64,000 nucleotides of DNA, taken from Candidatus Bathyarchaeia archaeon. Lineage in GTDB: Archaea; Thermoproteota; Bathyarchaeia; Bathyarchaeales; Bathycorpusculaceae. Below, piece by piece: positions 48,713-58,662 of the stretch. The stretch spans positions 224,001 to 288,000 of the forward strand of contig JAVZNC010000001.1 of the NCBI GenBank assembly GCA_038882955.1, given 5' to 3'. Position 1 is the first letter of the stretch, and each line of letters opens with the position of its first letter. Under the pieces are notes generated by a model, which worked only from the letters and a program-made list of their open reading frames with translations, did not search any database and had not been told where the DNA came from. The position numbers and the translations under genes are program-made.

Positions 48713-49623
48713 CTACTCCAAGTATGCTTCTTCTATAATTGGTTTAATGCTGTTCCGTATCCAGTTTACTTGTTCGCAAGCTTGTTCAAGCATCCACTTG
48801 TCGACTCTGTTTAAGTAGACATACGCATTTAAGAAGTCTGTGCTAACTTCCTCTGGATAATTTTGAAGTTTATCGTAAAGCCTCTCCACAAGGAGAAAGG
48901 CTATTTCTGTCTTGTTTTCACTAAACAATCTGCTCAAGGAGTTTGTGAAATTTAAGAGGTCCAAGAATAATCCATCAATTGTCGTGTAGTATTCTTTGTT
49001 TTCTGGATCGATTTTCATCAGTTCCAGCAGGAAAACGTGACCTCGCCCAGCATGATAAAAGATGTGTCTGTAGCTAATATCTAGTATGCTGATGTTGGAG
49101 TATTCGCTCCTGAGAATCCAGAACACTAGCGGTGGTTCCCATCCTAGTGAAGTATGCATCCCCGATAAGCCAGACAGGGAACTGCTGACTTGTTCTGCAA
49201 ATCGGTATCTTGTGTCAAGGAATGTGGAGTAAAGTTGAGTGTTCAACGATTGGAAGTATATCGCGGCAACGATTGAAATAATAAGAATGGCAAGCATGAA
49301 AATGAAGAGCGGTTTAGGATGAATTCTTCTCAAAGCTTTTCTCATCGGTAAAACTGTTTTTTCTGGTCCTTCCACTTTCAACATTAGTGAGATCGCAGCA
49401 CGACCAAAATCTGAAAGAGAATATTTTGCATTTTCCTTTTTAACAAGCTCCTTAAGCTGTCGAGATGATAGCTGAGAGTGGAGCTGTCAACGCCAACTTC
49501 CTCAAATATTTCAGTGAATGTTTTTGGGTTCTCTGATAACAGACGCAAGATTTTCCTCCTTATCGGATGCTTCAAAGATGAGAAAATTAGCGAATATGTT
49601 TCTTCTTCATCTGACAAGTTCAC
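48713..49623 (-). pseudogene. ArsR-type wHTH-TM-extracellular protein split by a frameshift near 49455
   Basis: LKHPIRRKIL..LSYHLDS frame; the -1 frame continues LKELVKKENAKYSLSDFGRAAISL into the 223-aa ORF. Confidence 0.72.
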
Positions 49624-49757
49624 ATCCCATAGAAGAGTGACGCAAGCACGCTAAAATGACTTTTTCTAAACAACCGTTTAGTAAAGAAAAGTAAAGAAGG
49701 ATCCGCTGACATTCTGGTTATGTAAACGCCTAATTTAGCTCGACTCTTGAATTTTTG

Positions 49758-50369
49758 TTAGCGGGCTAGTGTTGCTATTGCTGTTATTGTGAATGGCGCC
49801 ATTAGCGTCAATGCGAACCCACTTGAGAACGCTGTTATTAGCGTGTCTTGTCCGCAGTAACGCACTATCACTGGTAGCGTTGTGTCCATGGCTGTGGCGC
49901 CGCCCATGGCTACTGGCGCGTACTTGTCAATCTTGCTTGTAAACGAAATCGTAAGTATTGTAACTATTTCTCTTAGGAAGTTTACTGTGAAGCCCAGAGC
50001 AGCCCATTCGATGCCAAAAAGCTGCCCGGCAAGCGGTCCAGTCAAAGTGTACCAGCCGTAGCCAGCGCAGACGCCCATGGAAGCAACCAGGTCCAGTTTT
50101 AGGATTAATCCGCCTACAAGTCCGCCTAATATGCTGCCTAATGCTATCGCAAATGGGAAAATGAGAACTTTTATTCCCGTCTTTTTTAGGTTAGCCACTG
50201 CTTTTTTGTCTGCGCCGAAGAGTAAGCCCATAAAGAAAAGCAGTGCGATTAGAGATATGGTAAATAAGTGTTCAGAGAATATTACGGTGACTGCTGTCAT
50301 TTCGAGGTTGTTGCTTACGTAGCCAGCAGCCACGCCGAACACAAGCGCCAATAAAATGTATTTTATCAT
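49758..50369 (-). CDS. LysO/DUF340-family exporter, large part
   Basis: GYGWYTLTG, NFLRE, GGATAMDTTLP. Confidence 0.87.
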   Translation of the reverse strand: MIKYILLALVFGVAAGYVSNNLEMTAVTVIFSEHLFTISLIALLFFMGLLFGADKKAVANLKKTGIKVLIFPFAIALGSILGGLVGGLILKLDLVASMGVCAGYGWYTLTGPLAGQLFGIEWAALGFTVNFLREIVTILTISFTSKIDKYAPVAMGGATAMDTTLPVIVRYCGQDTLITAFSSGFALTLMAPFTITAIATLAR

Positions 50370-50644
50370 ATTTTCATCAGCTTTCTTGCCACTTTAGCGA
50401 ATATTATACTGAAAAGTAGCGTTGTGGATAATAGCACTATGGCGCTTAATCCCACATGTGGCATTACCGCCAACAAATCGTTATTTGAGCCTATAGTGAA
50501 ACCTAGCGAGAATACCAGCACAAGTATTGTTCCAGAAACTACTTTATTTAGGTTTAGAATTTTCTTATTGCGTAAAAAGTAGCCTAGGACTATTCCAGCC
50601 ACCAGCGGGATGATGAGCCTAACGACGTCTAATGGATTTGGCAT
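50366..50644 (-). CDS. LysO-family exporter, small N-terminal part
   Basis: Three TM helices, LVFSLGFTIGSN; ATGA overlap. Confidence 0.8.
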   Translation of the reverse strand: MPNPLDVVRLIIPLVAGIVLGYFLRNKKILNLNKVVSGTILVLVFSLGFTIGSNNDLLAVMPHVGLSAIVLLSTTLLFSIIFAKVARKLMKI

Positions 50645-50687
50645 TCTTGAGCACCAACACGCTATGTGGAGTAAGTTAGCTTATTGT

Positions 50688-52907
50688 TTATGCTTCTTCG
50701 TAGAATTCCTCTGCTTTTGGCGGTGTTGGACTTAATCCTCTTCTTTCACGAATTTGCCTAATTATTTCCGCCTGCATTGATTCTGGAACTGGTGCCCAGC
50801 GGCTAAATTGTGTTGCCCAGAAGGCTCTGCCTTGGGTTGAGGAGCGCAGTTCATCAGCCAATCCGAAGGATTCCGCAACTGGCATTTCAGCCTTAACTAT
50901 GACCATGTCTTCCTCGTTAACCATGTCGACGATTCTTCCGCGGCGTTTCTGCACTATGGCGATTACGGAGCTTACAAACTCGTTTGGAACCTTGCATTCA
51001 AAGTTTAGTAGCGGCTCAAGGAGTTTTGGGTCGCTTAGGAGGAAGGCGCACCATATTGGACGCCAAGTCATTGGAAGTATCTGGGCTGGACCCCTATGCA
51101 CTGGGTCTTCGTGAATCATTATGTCCTCCAAGTTAACTTTTAAGCCGTAGGCGGGTTCTTTGGCTAGTACGCATGTGTGGACTGCCTCGCGGAAGCCAGA
51201 TTTCACGTGGTCTATGACTTCTTCGACGTACTGTCTTCCTTTGATTCTGTTTACGAGCACGTTTGTGTCCTCTATGGCTATGACGTTGCGTGCGTCGTCA
51301 GTTGACCAGCCAAACTCTTTTGCCAAAATCTTTTGGCGTTCATCCCGTGTTTGCATCTCAGAAATCTTTCCAGTCTTTATTGCCTCAATCACGTCGTCTG
51401 AAAGCTTCTCGATTGTAACCCAAAGCCTGTTGTGTTTGTTTGGGCTTTTGCCCATTATCGGCGGTCCCTTGTAGTCGCGGCTTATTGTTTCGCGGTAAAT
51501 GACTATTGGCTTGCTTATCTTCACTTTTAAGCCTGCTTCCTGCATCCTATAAGCCGTAACTTCCAAGTGCAGCTCGCCCATTCCGCTTAGGAGGTACTCG
51601 CCACTTTCTTTGTTTATGGTAAAGTGCAAGTTGGGGTCTTCTAGGGTTAACTTGTGTATAACCTTATCAAAAAGCGGCAAGTCCTTAATGTCTGCCGGTT
51701 CAACAGCAACTGTAACAACAGGGTCTGAAACGTATTTCAGCCCTTCGAATGGTTGTGTTTCAACACCTTCTTCCGCAACTGTTTCGCCCACGTGGATTGA
51801 TGGTAAACCAGAAAGTGCAGCGATATTTCCAGCTGGAATCTTGTCCACGATTACACGGTCAGCAGCCATACTCATGTAAACTTGCTGGATAGTCCCCTTC
51901 TGGCGACTGTTTATAAGCCTAACAACTTTTCCCTTCTCCACTGTACCACTGAAAACCCTTCCAATAGCAACAACACCACTATGCGGGTCAACCTCAATCG
52001 TGGTTATACACATAAGAAGCGGCCCGTTAGGATCAACCTTTGCCATAGCCTTGCCTACTGGACTGTTAACGTCTCCAGGCCAAATCTGCGTCTGCCTGTA
52101 TGGCTGCGCTTCCAACGGGTTTGGAAGGTGTTCGCAGAACATGTCCAGTATTGGCTCGTATAAAGGCGCTTTTTTGCTTAATGCCTCAACCTTTTTCGTG
52201 ATTTCCTCTGGCTCGCCAGAATAGGTGTCAATTATTTCTTGGAATGTTACCCCTTTTGCTTTCATGTGAGGGAGGTTTAAGCCCCACTTGTGGAGCGCTG
52301 AGCCGAAGGCTACGCGTCCATCTTCAACTTTAACCTGCCAGTCCTTCTTGTGTTCTGGCGGTGCATACTTTTCTATGAGGCTGTTGATTCTGACGATTAT
52401 TTTTGCGAATTTGCGTTGTATCTCTTCCGGGGTCAGTTTTATCTCTTTAATGAGTCTGTCAACCTTGTTGATGAAGAGAATTGGTTTTACCCTTTCGCGT
52501 AGTGCTTGCATCAGAACGGTTTCGGTTTGGGTCATTGGACCCTCAACAGCGTCAACAACTACTAATGCGCCGTCGACAGCGCGTAAACTTCGCGTCACTG
52601 CGCCGCTGAAGTCTATATGTCCAGGCGTGTCTATAAGGTTTATTAGGTGTTCTTTGCCCTTGTAGGTGTGGACCATGCTTATGTTTGAGGCGAAAACAGT
52701 CATTTGCCTCTTCTGCTCGAGCTCCCAAGAGTCCAGGAAAAGCTTTTGACCAGCAGTTTGTTCGCTTATGATGCCTGCCGCGGCTAGTAGGCTGTCTGAG
52801 AGTGTTGTTTTTCCATGGTCAACGTGGGCAATAATGCTTGTGTTTCTTATTATTTCTGGGCTGTTCATCAGTTTTACTATTTCTTCAATTTGTCGATAAC
52901 GTCCCAT
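50688..52907 (-). CDS. fusA: Translation elongation factor 2
   Basis: AHVDHGKTT, DTPGH, NKVD, GMGELHLE, diphthamide loop HEDPVHRGPAQ. Confidence 0.95.
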   Translation of the reverse strand: MGRYRQIEEIVKLMNSPEIIRNTSIIAHVDHGKTTLSDSLLAAAGIISEQTAGQKLFLDSWELEQKRQMTVFASNISMVHTYKGKEHLINLIDTPGHIDFSGAVTRSLRAVDGALVVVDAVEGPMTQTETVLMQALRERVKPILFINKVDRLIKEIKLTPEEIQRKFAKIIVRINSLIEKYAPPEHKKDWQVKVEDGRVAFGSALHKWGLNLPHMKAKGVTFQEIIDTYSGEPEEITKKVEALSKKAPLYEPILDMFCEHLPNPLEAQPYRQTQIWPGDVNSPVGKAMAKVDPNGPLLMCITTIEVDPHSGVVAIGRVFSGTVEKGKVVRLINSRQKGTIQQVYMSMAADRVIVDKIPAGNIAALSGLPSIHVGETVAEEGVETQPFEGLKYVSDPVVTVAVEPADIKDLPLFDKVIHKLTLEDPNLHFTINKESGEYLLSGMGELHLEVTAYRMQEAGLKVKISKPIVIYRETISRDYKGPPIMGKSPNKHNRLWVTIEKLSDDVIEAIKTGKISEMQTRDERQKILAKEFGWSTDDARNVIAIEDTNVLVNRIKGRQYVEEVIDHVKSGFREAVHTCVLAKEPAYGLKVNLEDIMIHEDPVHRGPAQILPMTWRPIWCAFLLSDPKLLEPLLNFECKVPNEFVSSVIAIVQKRRGRIVDMVNEEDMVIVKAEMPVAESFGLADELRSSTQGRAFWATQFSRWAPVPESMQAEIIRQIRERRGLSPTPPKAEEFYEEA

Positions 52908-53080
52908 AAACCTAAACCTTCTCTCGGCTAACTGATGGCGTTTTATTGAAGTGTACTGCTTTGTTTTTTGTCTTAAACAACATTCTGGCTCACTTAAGTT
53001 AGGCTACATGGAAAGTGAAAAAGTCGCCTATTAACTTTTTGTTGCAGTTAGAGCCTTAACACTAACAAATTGTAGGTATG

Positions 53081-53530
53081 TCACTCCATGATGGCGATAA
53101 ATTTTTCAGCCGTAGCCCTATCAACGTAAAATCCACGTCTCCCAAGCCTTTTAACACCCAAAAACATAAGCGCATTTTTCAGTGGAATCGGGTTGGCGGC
53201 TTCCCTAAGGTTTTTGAATCTTATGAAGGAAACTGGATTCTTGTCCTTGACGAATTGGAAGTACTGTTCAGCGGATTCCAAAACGGATTCGCTGCCGTGC
53301 TCCTTCCATAGGTCTCCAGCCTTGCCGACTTTGCGTTCGATGAATCCTGCATAGCCGGCGATTTCGCAGATGGGCTTTGTAACGTAAAAGAATAGTAGTG
53401 AAGCGTTTTTTGGTGGAGCAGAACCCCTTCGAACGTAGGATTGGATTTCTTTGCCTTTGCTGCGTAGGCGGAGGAACTCGCGCCACCACTTCTCCTTAAC
53501 CATCATGACGAAGGCATACTTCTCCTTCAT
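53081..53530 (-). CDS. ASCH/EVE/PUA-like domain protein
   Basis: LLFFYVTKP..EIAGYA..LW pattern. Confidence 0.62.
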   Translation of the reverse strand: MKEKYAFVMMVKEKWWREFLRLRSKGKEIQSYVRRGSAPPKNASLLFFYVTKPICEIAGYAGFIERKVGKAGDLWKEHGSESVLESAEQYFQFVKDKNPVSFIRFKNLREAANPIPLKNALMFLGVKRLGRRGFYVDRATAEKFIAIME

Positions 53531-53619
53531 AAGACCACGCTATTAGATGCTTTGGCTTTGGTCATTTAAAATTTGCCGAAAACTAAAGTTTATGAGCGAA
53601 GCCCTCCACTTAAGCATCG

Positions 53620-54498
53620 ATGTCGCGGAAAGAATTTTTCATAAAACGTTATAAGGAGCTCGGCTGGAAACACCGTGACGTTAAGCTAAAACAGGCAATA
53701 AGGATAAACACAATTAACGCTGGAGATTGGGATGTTGCCGAAAGGCTGGAGTTTCTAGGCATAGCGCTTGAAAAGATTCCGTTCCTTGAAAATGGCTATT
53801 GGGTTAAGAGAGCGAAATTTTCGCTTGGGGCGACAACAGAGTACCTTCTAGGCATGTATTCGATTCAAGAAGCGGCAGCCCAAATCCCAGCTACACTTTT
53901 CACAGATATAAGGGACAAAACTGTTTTAGACGCATGCGCAGCGCCTGGAGGAAAAACCATTCAATTGGCTGATTTAATGAGCAACACTGGCGTAATAGTC
54001 GCTTTGGATATTAATAAGCGAAGATTAACTGCTCTCACAAACCATCTTGAAAGGTGCAGCGTAAAAAACACGATTGTTTATTGTTTGGATGCACGGAAGG
54101 CTTCAAGGCTGAAAATGAAATTTGATAGGATTCTTTTGGATGTGCCGTGTTCTGGAAACTTTGTAACAGATGCGGAATGGTTTAAGCGCCGAACATTCAA
54201 GGATGTGCAGAGAAACGCGCGACTTCAGAGGGAAATATTGGCTGAAGCGGTTAACGTTTTGGCTGAAGATGGCGAAATCGTTTATTCCACATGCTCGCTG
54301 GAGCCAGAAGAAGATGAACTGAACATTGATTGGGCAGTGAAGACGCTTGAACTGAAGGTTGAAAAAATCAGTTGCTACGGTGAAAAATCTCCAACAAACG
54401 TTTTTGGCAAAGCGCTTGACAGACAAATAGAAAATTGCAGAAGGATATGGCCTGGAAAAACTCAAGGTTTCTTTGTTTGTAAACTTAAGAGAAGGTGA
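53620..54498 (+). CDS. RsmB/NOP2-family RNA m5C methyltransferase
   Basis: DACAAPGGKT, LLDVPCSG, YSTCSL. Confidence 0.92.
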   Translation: MSRKEFFIKRYKELGWKHRDVKLKQAIRINTINAGDWDVAERLEFLGIALEKIPFLENGYWVKRAKFSLGATTEYLLGMYSIQEAAAQIPATLFTDIRDKTVLDACAAPGGKTIQLADLMSNTGVIVALDINKRRLTALTNHLERCSVKNTIVYCLDARKASRLKMKFDRILLDVPCSGNFVTDAEWFKRRTFKDVQRNARLQREILAEAVNVLAEDGEIVYSTCSLEPEEDELNIDWAVKTLELKVEKISCYGEKSPTNVFGKALDRQIENCRRIWPGKTQGFFVCKLKRR

Positions 54499-54983
54499 AA
54501 GCTATGAACGTCATAAGTGATTTTGCGGCACGTTTTGGCGTAAAAGTCGAGTTTGACGAGAAAAATATTGTCAAGAAGGAGAACCGTTATTTCCTCTTAA
54601 GCGATAGGCTTAAGGGTTTGGTTGCGGCTGACTTCTTCTACGCTGGTGTTTATCTTGGAAGAGTTAAAGGCGACGTTTTACTTCCAAGCTTTAACTTGCT
54701 AAAAATTATTGCAGAAAAAGAAGGGGCGAACCAGGTTTTTGTGGATGAACGGTCTGCGTGGCTTTTCATATGCGGCAGAGACATATTTAAACGTGGAATA
54801 ACAAGGGTTGAAGGTTCTGGAAGGAAGGGCGATTACACTTTGGTTTTGAATCAGCATGGCGAATGTTTGGGTTTTGGGATAATCCTCAAAGATTTGGACG
54901 CTATCGAGAAAGGTGTTGCCGTGAAAAATGTTCTGGATATCGGAGATTTTTTGAGAAGGGAGAGAAAGCCACTAGAAGAATAA
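54495..54983 (+). CDS. NIP7-like PUA-domain protein
   Basis: LFICGRDIF, CLGFG, DIGDFLRRE; coupled to the NOP2-like gene. Confidence 0.8.
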   Translation: MKAMNVISDFAARFGVKVEFDEKNIVKKENRYFLLSDRLKGLVAADFFYAGVYLGRVKGDVLLPSFNLLKIIAEKEGANQVFVDERSAWLFICGRDIFKRGITRVEGSGRKGDYTLVLNQHGECLGFGIILKDLDAIEKGVAVKNVLDIGDFLRRERKPLEE

Positions 54984-54987
54984 TCCT

Positions 54988-56292
54988 TCAACTCTTTATT
55001 TTCTCTACTAGTTCTTCGATTTTCACGTTGTTCTGCTCCCTTTTCGCCAAGTTTCGCAAGACAACAGCACCTTCTTTTAGCTCTCTCTCACCGACTATAA
55101 TGGCATAATCCATCTTGCGCCTATCCGCATCCTCGAGAGCCTTACTTATCTTTCGCCCCATAACCTCAACTTCAACAGGTATAGCAGCGCCACGAAGTTT
55201 ATTGGCGATTTTTAGGGCTTCAGCCTTCAGCCCTTCCTTTGTCGGAATGACAATAACCTTTTTCGCTTCTGCAGCATCCACTTTTGCATTTTGCTTTTGC
55301 ATAGCCAACATCATGCGGTCTAACCCATGGGCTATTCCGACTGCGGGTGTGGGTTCGCCGCCAAAAAGTTCTATCAGTCTGTCATATCTGCCGCCCCCAG
55401 CCAAGGCTATGTCAAGTTCTGGAACGTTAACTTCGAAGATTGCGCCAGTATAATACTCAAGTCCCCTTGCAAAGCCAGCATCTATAGTTATTGCGATTTT
55501 GCTTTCGCTTTCCATGACAAGTTTCAAAATTTCCTTTAGGTTTTCTACAGCTTCCAAGGCTTTATCATAACCTTTAATGCATTCTTGCATTTTCCCAACC
55601 ATTTCGAAGGCGTTGCTTCCTTTGAGTTCAACAAGCCTTTGAACGGTTTCAACGCATTTTCTTGGAACCCCGATTTCTTCAACGCGCTTGACAGCTTCTG
55701 AATACAGTTTCTTGTCCATCAACTGCATAACTTCGTTCACGTTTTTCTCTTCAATGTTTTCTTGGCTGAATATTCCTCTCAAAACGCCAACATGTCCAAC
55801 CTTAAAAGCATAATTTTTAAGCCCAACACTGCGCATAAAATCGTTTGTTAACATGATTATTTCTGCGTCTGCTTCTGGCTTACTTGAGCCCATCAACTCA
55901 AAGTTTGACTGCCAAAACTCTCTGTATCTGCCCATCTGCGGCTCATCATAGCGGTATAGACTGCCAACACAGAAAAGTCTGAATGGACGCGGCTCATTTC
56001 GCAGAGTTGTCGCCACAAGCCTAGCAACGGAAGGCGTGAATTCTGGTCTTAGAGCCACCATGCGTCCGCCAAGGTCTTTGAAGGCGTACATTCGCAAGCG
56101 AACTTCCTCGCCAGCCTTAGCTGACAAAAGTTCGTATGATTCCACAACTGGCGTTATTATTTCCTTGTAACCGTAGAGTTCAGCTATTCTGCGCGCTTTG
56201 CCTTCGATGTAACGCATCATTTTGGCTTCTTCTGGCATGAAGTCGCGCATTCCACGAACAGTTTGGAAGGATGACATTTCAGCCACATCCAC
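54988..56292 (-). CDS. hisS: Histidyl-tRNA synthetase
   Basis: RGMRDF, LRPEFT, GRYREFWQ, RGLEYYTG, GGGRYD. Confidence 0.96.
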   Translation of the reverse strand: MDVAEMSSFQTVRGMRDFMPEEAKMMRYIEGKARRIAELYGYKEIITPVVESYELLSAKAGEEVRLRMYAFKDLGGRMVALRPEFTPSVARLVATTLRNEPRPFRLFCVGSLYRYDEPQMGRYREFWQSNFELMGSSKPEADAEIIMLTNDFMRSVGLKNYAFKVGHVGVLRGIFSQENIEEKNVNEVMQLMDKKLYSEAVKRVEEIGVPRKCVETVQRLVELKGSNAFEMVGKMQECIKGYDKALEAVENLKEILKLVMESESKIAITIDAGFARGLEYYTGAIFEVNVPELDIALAGGGRYDRLIELFGGEPTPAVGIAHGLDRMMLAMQKQNAKVDAAEAKKVIVIPTKEGLKAEALKIANKLRGAAIPVEVEVMGRKISKALEDADRRKMDYAIIVGERELKEGAVVLRNLAKREQNNVKIEELVEKIKS

Positions 56293-56295
56293 AAT

Positions 56296-56853
56296 TTATG
56301 GTAGGGTTAATTGTGAAAGGGAATAGTAAACAGTTTCTCCTCTACGGTTCATAACGGCCAGAACGAGTTCTTTCTTGAGGCTCTGGCATTGCCTCATGAT
56401 GCGAGTTAAATCCTCAACTGAAATGGGCTTGCCTTCTTGAATGTTTAAAATTAGGTATTTGGCAGTGTCCTTACCATACTCGCCTCTTTCATAAACACGA
56501 AAATCAACACCCAAACCGAAGCCCTCGCGAACAACATAGCCCCTACTTCTCAAGTCACGATACACCAAGTATTTTGCCCACGCATTTTCATCAACACGTT
56601 CATAAAACTGCAAAAGCCTCTTAAAGTCAACAGCCTTGCCACTTTCATCTTCAACTTCGAGTGAACCTTTCTCCAGAAGATAAAGCGCCTCGTAAAAGGC
56701 TAGGATAAGCGACTTATCTTCAGCCACGCCGTAACCTTTCGAGGAAAGCTCGTCGGCGCTTTGCTTATCTGAAATTTTGACGCCTTCCTCCACTAGCAAA
56801 CCCTTAACTTTTGCTTCAGCCTTTTCGACGATTTTCTCCTTTTCCACAGTCAT
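56296..56853 (-). CDS. endA: tRNA splicing endonuclease subunit (probably structural)
   Basis: EALYL, YLVYRDLRSRGY, DFRVYERG; the catalytic His position reads Thr. Confidence 0.85.
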   Translation of the reverse strand: MTVEKEKIVEKAEAKVKGLLVEEGVKISDKQSADELSSKGYGVAEDKSLILAFYEALYLLEKGSLEVEDESGKAVDFKRLLQFYERVDENAWAKYLVYRDLRSRGYVVREGFGLGVDFRVYERGEYGKDTAKYLILNIQEGKPISVEDLTRIMRQCQSLKKELVLAVMNRRGETVYYSLSQLTLP

Positions 56854-56870
56854 CCCTATGCTAAGCCCGT

Positions 56871-57899
56871 TCAGCCTTTTAGTTTATCAAAGTCTTCCTT
56901 ATATAGGATGCCGCTTTCACAGATTACCGCAGTAACATAATCCATCGGCGTTATGTCAAAAGCTGGGTTCAAAACATCTATGCCTTCCACGGCTATGCGC
57001 TGGGAACAGAAATGCGTAACTTCGCTGGGACTTCGCTCCTCTATGAGGATTTCGGCTGAAGTGTGCTTTAGGTCAAATGTCGATTTTGGAGCCGCCACAT
57101 AGAAGGGAATTCCATGCGCCTTTGCCACAACCGCGATCGTGAATGTTCCAATCTTGTTTATCACAGCATCGCGAACTATTCTGTCAGCGCCAACAACAAC
57201 CTTGTTCACGAGATGCTTATACATCACGTAGCCAACCATACCATCAGTAATAAGCGTCACCGGGATGCCGTCATCCTTAAGCTCGTAGGTTGTTAACCTT
57301 GCACCTTGAAGCTTCGGACGAGTTTCAGTGGCAAAAACCCTAATCCGCTTGCCCTGCTCCCACGCTGCACGAATAACGCCTAAAGCCGTGCCATAACCGA
57401 CAGTAGCTAAGGCTCCAGCATTACAATGCGTTAAAATAGAGTCGCCATCAGCGATTAGCTCCGCGCCATACTTGCCAATCAAACGGTTTGCCTCAACGTC
57501 CTCGTCGGCTATTTTCTGGGCTTCCTCAACAACAAAAGAAGCAAGAGCCTTAACGTCGCCAGAAAAATTCTTCGCTTTTGCAAGAACCCTACCTAACGCC
57601 CAGAAAAGGTTTACAGCAGTCGGTCTCGTCGCCCTAACGATGCCAGCAGCCTCATCCAACTCCTTGAGAAGCACATCTTTACTTTTTGCTTTTGAATGGT
57701 AAGCTGTTAAAGCAAGAGCAAAAGCGGCAGCCGCACCCAAAAGAGGTGCACCCCTTATCTTCATACTTTTTATAGCCTCAGCCATCTCAACACAATTCTT
57801 AATTTCAAGAATCACAGTTTCATTTGGAAGCTTTGTCTGGTCTATTGTGAGAACTTTGCCATCACGCCACTCTATGGTTCGCTTCAGCATAATCTTCAA
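56871..57899 (-). CDS. mtnA: Methylthioribose-1-phosphate isomerase (eIF-2B-like)
   Basis: DQTKLP, IRGAP, RPTAVNL, THCNAG, ETRPKLQGARLT. Confidence 0.9.
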   Translation of the reverse strand: MKIMLKRTIEWRDGKVLTIDQTKLPNETVILEIKNCVEMAEAIKSMKIRGAPLLGAAAAFALALTAYHSKAKSKDVLLKELDEAAGIVRATRPTAVNLFWALGRVLAKAKNFSGDVKALASFVVEEAQKIADEDVEANRLIGKYGAELIADGDSILTHCNAGALATVGYGTALGVIRAAWEQGKRIRVFATETRPKLQGARLTTYELKDDGIPVTLITDGMVGYVMYKHLVNKVVVGADRIVRDAVINKIGTFTIAVVAKAHGIPFYVAAPKSTFDLKHTSAEILIEERSPSEVTHFCSQRIAVEGIDVLNPAFDITPMDYVTAVICESGILYKEDFDKLKG

Positions 57900-57957
57900 A
57901 CTCCAGTAAATCGTTTATGCGCTAGAAGCGTATTAAAAGTGTTGTAAGGAGAAAGCC

Positions 57958-58662
57958 ATGAAAAGCCAAAGCCTAAAACTCTTGATAGAAAATTTCGGGG
58001 AAAAATATTCTGAAATTTTGGGAATAAACCTTGCAGAAGGCAAAGAAAACGAAATTTTCAAGTGGTTTCTGGCAGCAATTTTGTTCGGTGCTCCAATAAC
58101 AGAGAAAGCAGCAATAAAAACCTACAAGTGCTTCGAAGGACATGACGTGTTAACGCCAAGAAAAATTTTGGACACGGGTTGGGATGGGCTTGTTCAAATT
58201 TTGGATGAAGGAAGCTATACGCGGTACGACTTCAAAACCGCAGACAAGCTTCTAGAAACAATGAAAAACCTTGTGAAAAACTATGACGGAAGCCTAATTC
58301 GCCTTTACAACGAGTCAAAGAACATGGAGGATTTGACAAATAAACTGAAAAGCCTCGGGAAGGGTATAGGCGACGTTACAGTAAACATTTTTCTAAGGGA
58401 ACTACGCGGAATATGGGAAAAAGCCGAACCAGAACCAACAGCCCTCGTTGTTCTAGCCGCCAAAAAACTTGGAATAATTGATGAAAAGACCAAAAATGTG
58501 ACGGAAACTCTAAAGAATTTTTGGCTCAGGAACAGCGTTGCTGGAAAGTCCTTTGTAAATTTTGAAACAGCACTACTTAGAATTGGCAAAGACTATTGTA
58601 GGAAAAGGAAATGCGCCGCCTGCAAATTTAAGGCTGAGTGCCTAAACCCTGAGGCGCCTTAA
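57958..58662 (+). CDS. HhH-GPD glycosylase-like protein with C-terminal Cys cluster
   Basis: KGIGDVTVNIFLRELR; CRKRKCAACKFKAEC. Confidence 0.75.
   Translation: MKSQSLKLLIENFGEKYSEILGINLAEGKENEIFKWFLAAILFGAPITEKAAIKTYKCFEGHDVLTPRKILDTGWDGLVQILDEGSYTRYDFKTADKLLETMKNLVKNYDGSLIRLYNESKNMEDLTNKLKSLGKGIGDVTVNIFLRELRGIWEKAEPEPTALVVLAAKKLGIIDEKTKNVTETLKNFWLRNSVAGKSFVNFETALLRIGKDYCRKRKCAACKFKAECLNPEAP

Noticed and set aside
49758-50644. Split LysO as a pseudogene
   Set aside because: Both ORFs have their own starts and an ATGA overlap, and two-gene LysO arrangements are common
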